A stretch of 64,000 nucleotides of DNA from the human T2T-CHM13v2.0 reference genome, Homo sapiens. A program made the position numbers and the translations under genes. Shown piece after piece: positions 52,538 through 64,000 of this stretch; the first letter of the stretch is position 1, and each line of letters starts with the position of its first letter. Below the pieces are notes generated by a model. The model had not been told where the DNA came from. It did not search any database and worked only from the letters and a program-made list of their open reading frames with translations. The stretch lies in NCBI RefSeq assembly GCF_009914755.1, contig NC_060942.1; one strand, written 5' to 3'.

Positions 52538-54609
52538 GAGGAGAAGCACCAAAATGGCTGTCTAGAAACAGTTAATACACATTGATACAGATTGCTTTCA
52601 TTGAGAAGAGACAGAGTGGTGAGTAAACATTAGTTCTTCAAGTGGATCATCCAGGGGCCCACATTGGGGTTCATCAAGGAAGCAGTGGTGACCCATGGAG
52701 AGCAGAGACCAGTGAGACATGATGGCCACCCACCTGGGATTGGCACAGATCCAAGGGAGGCTCCCTACTGGAAGGGAAAGTGTGAGTAAACAAGAGCCCT
52801 TAGGTACCCACACTTCTGCCATAAGCCTTTACAACCTTTGGCATGGGAGATTCCCCCTGACCCTCTGGGACTCCAGACTAACATGGAGAGCTGCCTGGAG
52901 TCTGGGGAGAGCTGCTGGTGAAGCCCACATGAAGCTCCATGGGTCTTGGATCCCTGAGCACCCCAGCACCAGCTGCCGTAGCTCCACAAAAAAGGAAAGC
53001 CAGGCTCTTTCACACATCCCTAGGAAAGGGACTGAATCATGAAGCTGGGGAGCAGATAGACTGCAGGCCCTGGCCCCACTGCCCCTTGCCAGGTAAGGCC
53101 TACTGGCCGGGGCCCCAATGCAGCTACTCCATCCTTACCTGAGCACTCCAGCTCATTGCTGTCCTGCATTTCTCTGGACTTGAACCCCCAGAGTTAACAC
53201 AGGCCTGCTGCAATTACTGCTGCCATGGGCCCCATCCCTGTTGCTGAGAACTGTCACTGACTCCCAGCACACTACAGCTGCCATCCATATGGCCAGACTG
53301 TTTTCCATGTGGGTGCCTGTCTCTGCTACTCCTCACTGGGCAAGGCCTCCTGGTCTGGACCACCAGCACAGCTGCCGCATCCCTGTTGACAGCAGCTGTG
53401 CCTTTCTCTGGGGTGGAGCTCCCAGAGACAAATGACAGTCTCTCTGCCATTACCACCCTTGCTCATGTCAGGCTAGCGAGAGAATAAACAGCCTGATTGC
53501 TTTTGCATGCCTAGAACATTCAGAGGCCATCCTATGGAGAAGAGGCCAGACTATCTTCTGCATGAACTCCTGATATTCCTCCTCTTCAACAGGCAGAGCC
53601 CCCAAGCTTGGACCCTCAGCATGGTTACCTTATGCCCAGCTGATCATCTCATTGGCAGAGAGTCTGCATTTCCCTCAAGTGGAGTTCCCTGTGGCAACTG
53701 ACAGCCCCTCTGCCACTACCCCTACTGTGATACCTGCCCTTGCTACCTCTAAGCAGTGGGAGGGCACAAAAATCCTGATTGCTTTACTCACATCTTTAGC
53801 ATGCCACCATCAACCTACAGAGAAAAGGACAGGCTGTCTTACCAGTAAGTCCCTGTCCACCACTCTTCACCAGGCAGGGACCCTCAGCTTGCGCCAGCAG
53901 CAGCCATTCCATTCCCAGTTGATATCTCCAGTTGATAGTGGCTCTGTGTTTCTCTGGGGTGGAGCTGTCAAAGGCAACTGACATCTCCTCTGCCTTTGCT
54001 GCCACTACAGTCCCTGCACCTGCTACTACCAAAGGGAACAAAAAGCCTGGGTGTGATGTGCAGCTTGGGAGTGCTGAGCAGAGATCTGTGGCCAGTACTT
54101 GAGCACAGACTCTCAGAGCACTGAGAAGAGTGAGTCAAGTGGGTTCGTGGGCTGCTGCAGCAGTGGGGCATGCCTTCCTCCAAACGGCCAGCCCAGAAAA
54201 GGTGTAGTCTGTCTCCCTGACATGATGTCTGCCTGAGGGAACCCTGTGGCCTGGAACACCTAACAAAAGAAATAAGCGAGCACTGCCAGTGAGTGGAGGG
54301 GGCTCCCCCAAGGCCTAGGAGTGAACCTGGTGAGTAGGTCTCCTCTCCTCTGTATAATAGAGTCACACGGCTGAGTGAGAGCCTATCTACTGCCATTTAC
54401 TCTTAAGCACTTTCTACTAGATTACATCCCAAACTACACCACCAAAAAAAAAATGTTGCTAATATACTCCCCTGTGAAATCAAGGGCAAGAATTCAGCCA
54501 CACACACATCCTTGGCCATCTGAAAACTTACAGAAATGAAGTACACTGACAATACCCAATTTATATTACAGTTAAAGGAATACAAACCCTCCCAGATGAG
54601 AAAGAATCT
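52538..54609 (+). mobile_element. Long 5'UTR and ORF1 start of an older primate L1 (L1PA13-16/L1PB-type)
   Basis: GC-richer 2-kb block. Starts with a YY1-like ccaaaatggctg and ends at cagatgagaaagaatc (ORF1 M-R-K-N start). Confidence 0.75.
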
Positions 54610-55512
54610 ACAAAGGGCTAATATTCAAAATCTACAAAGAACTTAAACATATTTACAAGAAAAAATCAACCCCATCAAAAAGTGGGCAAAGGATATGAAC
54701 AGACACTTCTCAAAAGAAGACATTTTTGCAGCCAACAGACACATGAAAAAATGCTCATCATTACTGGTCATCAGAGAAATGCAAATCAAAACCACAATGA
54801 GATACCATCTCACACCAGTTAGAATGACGATGATTAAAAAGTCAGGAAACAACAGGTGCTGGAGAGGATGTGGAGAAATAGGAACGCTTTTACACTGTTG
54901 GTGGGAGTGTAAACTAGTTCAACCATTGTGGAAGACAGTGTGGTGATTCCTCAAGGATCTAGAACTAGAAATATCATTTGAGCCAGCGATCCCATTACTG
55001 GGTATATACCCAAAGGATTATAAATCATGCTACTATAAGGACACACACACACATATGTTTATTGTGGCACTATTCACAATAGCAAAGACTTGGAACCAAC
55101 CCAAATGTCCATCAATGATAGACCGGATTAAGGAAATGTGGCACATATACAGCATGGAATATTATGCAGCCATAAAAAAGTATGAGTTCATGTCCTTTGT
55201 AGGGACACAGATGAAGCTGGAAACCATCATTCTGAGTAAACTATCGCAAGGACAGAAAACCAAACACCGCATGTTCTCACTCATAGGTGGGAATTGAACA
55301 ATGAGATCACTTGGACACAGGGTGAGGAACATCACACTCCCGGGCCTGTCAGGGGGTGGGGATATGGGGGAGGGATAGCATTAGGAGAAATACTTAATGT
55401 AAATGACGAGTTAATGGGTGCAGCAAACCAACATGTCACATGTATACATACGTAACAAACCTGCACATTGTGCATATGTACCCTAGAACTTAAAGTATAA
55501 TAATTAAAAAAA
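54610..55512 (+). mobile_element. Younger L1PA 3' end (ORF2 C-terminus, 3'UTR, A-tail)
   Basis: [10 protein letters not shown]…[29 protein letters not shown] and …HRMFSLIGGN. Confidence 0.95.
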
Positions 55513-55538
55513 GGACAGAAAAAATCAATAATTTATAA

Positions 55539-56978
<1,440 letters not shown>

Positions 56979-57666
56979 CTCATAACTTGAGTAATTTGTA
57001 TTTTTGATATGTTACTTTTTTGTCATTCCAAATTATAGCAAGTTAATCTCTTATACATTTATTAACTTTTTTACTATTTGTAAATAGGATATACGCTACT
57101 AAAAAATTGAGACAGTAACTAATGAAGTAAAATTTTAAAGCATTAAAAAATAAGTCAATAAAAATATATACTTTTAATGTAGGTACAATATCTTCTATAA
57201 ACAATTCACAATCCTGTACATAATTTGTCGATGTTGCTTGAGCATTTTAGTTTCATTAATATGGGCTAATATGAAATTTCTGCCTTTCATCATTTTAGGG
57301 AAGCTTTGACATATTTCTTCCTTGTTTGCCAAGAGAACTTTGGTGTCCTTTAATGCCAATGCTTTTTAAAAACAGTTTACCCTCAGTTTTGTAGAAACAC
57401 AGTAGCCAGGGCAGATGTGGGAAGGGTGGAGTTTGGGAGTTAAAGGTAGCCAATGGGGAGGAGGGAAGGGATCCTTTCCTGTGATCACTGACAGATTTCT
57501 CTACTCTCAAATAAGATGCCCTGCAGGCTCAATGGGATGCCACGAATTCTCACTGAATTTATGATAATTGATGACTGCCTCTATGAGTCTCTTCATGTAA
57601 AGTTTCTTCTCATATATTCCATCCCAACTATTTGGGGAGGAGAAGCCTATAGAACACTATATACAC

Positions 57667-57806
<140 letters not shown>

Positions 57807-57931
57807 ATATATACCTTTTAAATATAATACCTTGTGGCTATCTGTGCTTTTACGTTTCAGAATTCCTCCTATTATCTGTTTTAATAATTCTGGCAAATCT
57901 CATCTTTCCTTATCCAGACATGGTTTTTATT

Positions 57932-58160
57932 CTTCAATTTTATTTTAGGTTCTGGGGGTACATATGTAGATTTGTTACATGAGTAAACTGCATGCCACTG
58001 AGGTGTGGTGTAGAAATGATCCCATCACCCAGGTAGTGAGCAGAGTACCCGATAGGTAGTTTTTCAACCCTTGCTCCCCTTCTCCTCTTCCCCCTCTAGT
58101 AGTTACCCCCTCCAGTGCCCAGTTTTTATCATTTCCACCTTTAGGTCCATTTGTACTCAA
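57932..58160 (-). mobile_element. L1PA15/16-like 3'UTR fragment
   Basis: ggggtacatatgtagatttgttacatgagtaaactgc…gatcccatcacccaggtagtgagc. Confidence 0.85.
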
Positions 58161-58984
58161 CAAACGTACATTTTCATGCTCTAATTTGAGACGCAGCTCA
58201 GACTTTTTGGCCTCTAAACTAATAAGCCTGATCTGGACTCTATAGCTGCATGAGGTGCTCTATTTGTGTACAGTGTGCATACTGATTAACAGGTCAAAAA
58301 AATTTTACCTACTTTGAGGTAGTATTACATTTCATGGATCTCCACTTTAACACCATATTTTGTATGTAGTTATGTTTTATAAATTTTTCTTATAAAATTT
58401 CTGAGTAATTGAACACTTTTGTAATCTTTTTATTTTAAACTAAAAGAATTGACATTAACCTACAAAGAATTCTGTACTTGAAATAATTATGTATAACTGC
58501 CTCCAAATAGAAGTGATGCGGTGACAGAGGTTTGGAAACTCTGAAAGGCAATTTTTTAAGTGACTCTGAGCAGAGAAGTGTGTTAAACAAAAGCTCCTTC
58601 TTCATAGATATATTATCTGTTGGCACTGTGTTTTATATTGCAAGTACTGGAATATATGTATTTCCAGAATACAACAGATAAAAATTCCAAAATGGACTTA
58701 TACTTTACATGAAAATATTGAATGTGTTGAAATTTTCACAAAGTATGGATATACCTGATGCAAACATATTGGAACTGGGCTATCATGTAAATAAATAACC
58801 CTATGCCATAGATGTTCTGCTTCTATGACAATACAACTGTAAATGAGCAAGAGTAGTAGAAACACAGGTAAGAAAGTTGAAAATCCAAAATTGTGCATTT
58901 GATCTGAGCAGCAACTCATTTAATTTTCATTTATTAATCTTATGTTTTGTTTTCTTAAAAACATGGAAAGAGAATAAAATACGG

Positions 58985-59095
58985 AGTATGGAACTGTTTT
59001 CATCTTTGGGACTCACTGACTGGTGAACTTAATCAGGTCAATTGACCTATTAGATTTCAGTCTCCTTATCTGTAATATGAGGACAAGAGTGTAAA
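58985..59095 (+). mobile_element. MIR fragment
   Basis: tttcagtctccttatctgtaatatgagg. Confidence 0.55.
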
Positions 59096-59224
59096 TTCTT
59101 CAGGTTCTCCTCCTCACTTTTTAGCCACTTTAAAGGCCAAGGTCATCCATTATAATCTTCTCTTTGCATGCTGTCTTAAAAGTGATGGGAACTTCTCAGT
59201 TCCTGACCCTGGTGTATGATGTTA

Positions 59225-59800
59225 GCTAATCCCAATTTTGGTGATGCTAACTTCAATCACTTGATTAAGGAGGCTTGCACCATAAATCTGGACTATAAAG
59301 TTGACATTTTACACTTCAAGATAATCACTTTGGGGGATATTTTGAAAAAAAAATCATGCTTCTTGTCAAATAATCATCTACCAGTTTTAAAATATCTTGA
59401 TGATTTTCTAACTCAATCATTCCTTTTATTTCTAAGACAGCTTTTCTTTCTTTCCATTTATTTATTCACTGACTTATAACAATATGCTTTCATGAAATCT
59501 TGCTTCTTTTTTATTGTCATTATTTATTTTGATGCTCAAGTTGTCCCAGGTTTTTCCAATGGGACCACCTTCAACCTAGTCCCTGTGTATTTTTGATGTG
59601 TCCGTGAACATTTCCTGACTTTCTGAAGTTACAGCTCCATCAGTACCTCAATGGACTCAGTGCTTGCATGAGCCTTTCTTGTTAATGAGTTATTTTTCCT
59701 TTTAACTAATGATAGTATTTAGAAATGAAGATCTTGGTACTATGAGTACTCTTTGCTTCCAGCGTGTCATTGTTTATTGGCCCTCTTTGGCTAGGGGTTT
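59225..59800 (-). mobile_element. L1MC-type 3' fragments
   Basis: ggtgatgctaacttcaatcacttgattaagg and ttttgatgctcaagttgtcccag…ttttgatgtgtcc. Confidence 0.65.
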
Positions 59801-62175
59801 TCATGATGAATGGATATTTCTGCCTCCAGGAAGAAAGGAGTCTTACTTATGGGGCTTACCTAGTGTTTTTACCTTTTCTCAAAGATCACAGTCCTGTGCT
59901 TCATAGTATAACAACAAACAGACATCTTCTACATTTTCTGCATTTTTTACTTTTGTATTTTTAAAAGGATTAGCAGGTACTAATTGCTGTGTCATGAGAT
60001 TGGAGTAAGCTTTTGTTTATTTTAAAGCAGATGAGAAACTTTGAGAGAATAAAATTTTAACAAATGTTTTGTCTAAATCAGTTCTGCTTATCAGAAACAA
60101 AGAAAATAAGTGGGTCATTAATTAGAAAAACTATTCTATAAACATGGAGAATTTCTCATGAGCTAAAGCTCTAAATATTCCACATAAATCCCCCAATGGC
60201 CAAGATCTGGCCTCTGTAGGACACCAATTAAAAATGACTCTGCTTCAATTAAGTTAAACTTGTTATTCTGATACAAGTATGCAAAGCCCCACACCTCTTC
60301 AACTGTAGGCAGAGAAGTGAAGGAAGTGAAGAATGGAAGTTTATAAATTTCACATCTTTCAGTTTGTCCTCTCTTTATGAGTACATCAGAGTTAGAGGAA
60401 TTCACCTTTTTTAAGGTACCTTAAGACTAAATAGAGGAAGGCTGGAAGGCTGGATAGATGTAAAATATTTTTCCAGGCACAGCAAGTTCTTTCTTCAAAT
60501 AGTCAATTCCATCCAAATGGTAGTTACATCCAATTATTAAATATAATTTTTAATGTAACTTCCTGAAAGATATTGGTGAGTTGTATTATTTTATATTACT
60601 AGGTACCTAGTTAATGTACACTAGTCAAGTTGGTATATGCCATTCAATGAAGATGAGAGACATTAATTTAGTTATCTACCCATTATTTAATAAATAGGTG
60701 AAGAGTTGGGAATATAAAATTCTGTGATAAATCTTGGTTATACTATTATGGTATTTATTTAATTGGGTAAAATAATTTACTTATTAGCATAATATACTCA
60801 GAGTGATTAATTGCTAATATTTCATTAATTTTTATAGGCCAATAAGAAAATTTACAGCCAAGGCAAAATTTAAGGGAAAAAAATGTGGAAAGGTAAAAAC
60901 CTGGTATCAGTAATTCTTATTATTTTGTATATCTACTCTAATTGTAGTTATTCTGTTTTCATTTATTTCTTGATATTTAGTTTGTAGATGAAATTTGCAA
61001 GGGAAATGGGGGAATATATAAGCCTACTATATCATTTGCAAAGACAACTGGGAGCTAAAGTTATATTTATTTAATACATATTTATTGATTCTGTGATAAA
61101 TAAATAACATTGTTTTAGATACATTGGAAAGCTCATAAATACAAAAGAGAAGTCCTTGTGGGCATTATAATTATATCAAAAAGCTAAATGATACCTTGGC
61201 AAAGTATTGCAAAGTATTTTAAAATATTCTAAGTTCTGATTGCTAAGTATTAGTAATATTATCTAATTTTATATTGAAATATTGATGACAGATAATAACA
61301 ATAATAACAATAGATACCCTAATGTAAGAACATAAGAATCCTTTCCAGGACTACATTATTCATTTGTAGAGAAGCAGAAGGGACATCTTCTGATTTAAAA
61401 ACCACATACTTTTAAATCAATAGCACTAGATGGCAAAATATTATATGATCCCAAACAAATGATTGTTGAGATCAGTGAGACTTGTGAGTGGTTTCTGGAT
61501 GTTGCCTGTACAGAGATGATGAGATCTGGACTAGGACCTGAATGGAATTTCAGAGAAAATGGAGAATGAGGATAGCCTTGGGAAGAGGAAAAAATTATGA
61601 GCAAAATTACTCAGGAGACAGCAGCTCCTGTATTAATGAGTATGCCATTGAGAAGAAAGAAGCAGTAAGACTAAAGGGCCAGAGATCAGAGAATTGTCTG
61701 GACCATGCATCAGTCTTATAAGAAAAGGTAGCCATTCTAAGTTCTGATTCTAGGGAAAGGAAGCCTGTATTAGTGACCATTATAAGGAAGGGGTCTGATT
61801 ATACAGCCTCAGGATCTTGACTTAACTCTACCATAAGAACCATTTCCTATCTAGCAAAACCACTCTCCTCTGACTCTCTTTTAACTCTTTTAAAATAGTC
61901 CTGGGCCTTTTCTTAGGACCACCTGTTTTTAGGGTATGAGAACCTTGATGACAGGAAAGGGTATTTTCAATTTCATCTGAAACTCCCACAGAGTCTCAGC
62001 TTTCATCCTAGGGAGAGAATGACTGCCCATTCATTGTGACCCCCAAAGTAGCAAATGGAAAGAGGAGAACCAGAACATGAAAGGCAAGAGCATTTAAAAT
62101 TGTGGCACCATGAATAAATCACTAAGTTATTTCAGTCTCCATTTCCACATTTATTTTAAAACTAGAATTAATACC

Positions 62176-62580
62176 TGATATGATTTGTATGTTTGTCTCC
62201 TCCAAATCACCTGGTGAGACATGATTCCTAGTTTTGGAGGTAGGGCCTGATGGGAAGTGTTTGTGTCATGAGAGTGGATATTTCATGAATAGCTTGCTTC
62301 TGTCCTCATGATAATTAGTGAGTTCCTGCTCTGAGTTCACACAAGATCTGTTGTTTAGAAGTGTGTGACACCTTCTCCCATTCTCTCTTGTCATGTGATG
62401 TGCCTGTTCACCCTTTGCCTTCTGCCATGATTGTAAGCTTCCAGAGGTGTCTGAGAAGCAGATGCCAGCACTATACTGACTATAGAGTCTGCAGAATGCT
62501 GAGACAAAATAAACCACTTTTCTTTATAAATTACTCAGCCTCGGGTATTTTTTTATAGCATGCAAAAATATTCCAACACA
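62176..62580 (+). mobile_element. MaLR solo LTR (MSTB-like)
   Basis: tgatatgatttg…gccatgattgtaagcttcc…aataaaccacttttctttataaattactcagcctc. Perfect TSD ATACC (62171-62175 and 62581-62585). Confidence 0.9.
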
Positions 62581-62669
62581 ATACCTTCCTGACTCACTTC
62601 CCAAATTTTATGTAACACTTAAAGAGCGTCATATAACTGAAGGATTTTCCTTGTTCATGAGTACACGTC

Positions 62670-63041
62670 TGTATTAGTCTGTTCTCATGCCGCTATAAAG
62701 AAATACCCAAGACTGGGTAATTTAAAAAGAAAAGAGGTTTAATTGACTCACAGTTCCACATGTCTGGAGGGTCCTCAGGAAACTTACAATCATGGTGGAA
62801 GGCACCTCTTCACAGGGCAGCAGGAGAGAGAATGAGTGTGGCAGGGAGAATGCCAGGTGCTTATAAAACCATCAGATGTTGTGAGACTTACTCAGTATCA
62901 CAAGAACAACACTGGGAAAACCACCCTATATGACATAATTACCCCCACTTGGTCCCATCCTTGACAGGTGGGGATAATGGGAATTATGGGGATTAAAATT
63001 CAAGATGACACTTTGGGTAAGGACACAGCTAAATCATATCA
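62670..63041 (-). mobile_element. MaLR solo LTR (THE1C/D-like)
   Basis: tgtattagtctgttctcatg…ggtttaattgactcacagttccac…ggcacctcttcacagggcagcagg…catatca. Confidence 0.9.
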
Positions 63042-64000
63042 CCATCTCATGGTATTTTTAGTTTTGTGGGTCTTGACATAAATCAATCTTTAGGCTCACC
63101 TCTCTATAGTAACAAAAGGCACTGTGTTTACACCAACAGGACATATTAAAAATAAATATATCATTACTAAATTTTAGAATAGAGAAGGGGCTTAGTCTTT
63201 GTCAATTTATGTTGATCCAAGTATTAATTAAGATTACTGTTTCCTTTTCCCAAGATTTTTCAGTTTCATAAATTATTTACTAAACTTTTTGTATGAGCAG
63301 AACTATGTTACTTTGTTTGTGAATCGTAAGAGCAACTTGGACAGGTAGGAGGAAAAACTCACATATTATAATTAGAGGTTAAAGTATAATAGCACATAAA
63401 AAAGCATCAACTTGAATTCTAAACAATAAAAACATATCTGATGCAATTATGAAGAACCTTGGTCACTTAGTGGGAAAAAGTAAATGAGGATTTCTTTCCC
63501 TCAAAGGTATGGGGAAGCAAAATTTTATTAGACCTTAAGCACTATAATGTCTAATGTATGTAATTCTGTGTATCATAGTAATTTAGATGACAAAATTAAG
63601 TCTGAAACATTAAGCAAACCAATTCTACATAACACAATGTGTCCACAGTCACTATTTGTGCTCTGCTCAAAAGGATAACTTATTTTAATTGAGTCTTTGA
63701 TTTAAATAGATATAAGGACATTTAATAAAATTTTCATTAAATATTTCTCTTAAACAGAAAAGACAATTGAACTTATGAGATGATATAAGGGTTATCATAA
63801 TAAATTTAAAATTGGTAGTTGAGTTCACTGTTTTCCTACTGTAAAAGTAGGATTATTGAGGATGGCATAAACAGGAATCAATGTCCCATCCTATCAAGGG
63901 CTTCTGATTCTCTTTTCTCCTCATTGATCTCTTTTTCAACAGGATCAGTGAGGGGAGGTATGCATCATGGGGGAGAAGGGAAGGGTGATTGGAGAAGGGA

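Noticed and set aside
52598-54396. Cluster of overlapping ORFs in GC-richer DNA suggesting a gene or CpG island
   Set aside because: It is an old, CpG-depleted L1 5'UTR.
59960-62170. About 2 kb with no repeat I recognise, possibly hiding exons
   Set aside because: Very AT-rich, with no convincing ORF or paired splice sites. Conservation data would be needed to say more.

Overview
AT-rich primate (human-like) non-coding DNA, either gene desert or a large intron. I recognise no host protein-coding exon, RNA gene or CpG island. The supplied ORFs are transposon-derived or short AT-rich noise. The main feature is a complete but decayed HERV-L provirus (3496-10366, minus strand). It has two MLT2A LTRs, an ACAGC target-site duplication, a tRNA-Leu primer-binding site and frameshifted gag, pro-pol and dUTPase. 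The rest is a layered mosaic of L1, Alu, L2, MIR, solo LTRs and DNA transposons, several of them nested. Repeat subfamily names come from recalled consensus sequences and need RepeatMasker/Dfam confirmation. The most unusual signal I can read directly is a recurring set of locally templated insertions inside transposons. These are a 50-bp copy inside the HERV-L 3' LTR, a 186-bp flank copy inside an LTR8-like element, a 38-bp MER21 copy at an L1 junction, a 107-bp duplication joined by a palindrome, and fold-back hairpins. They look like DNA-repair or template-switch scars. I found no convincing evidence of a new encoded biological system.
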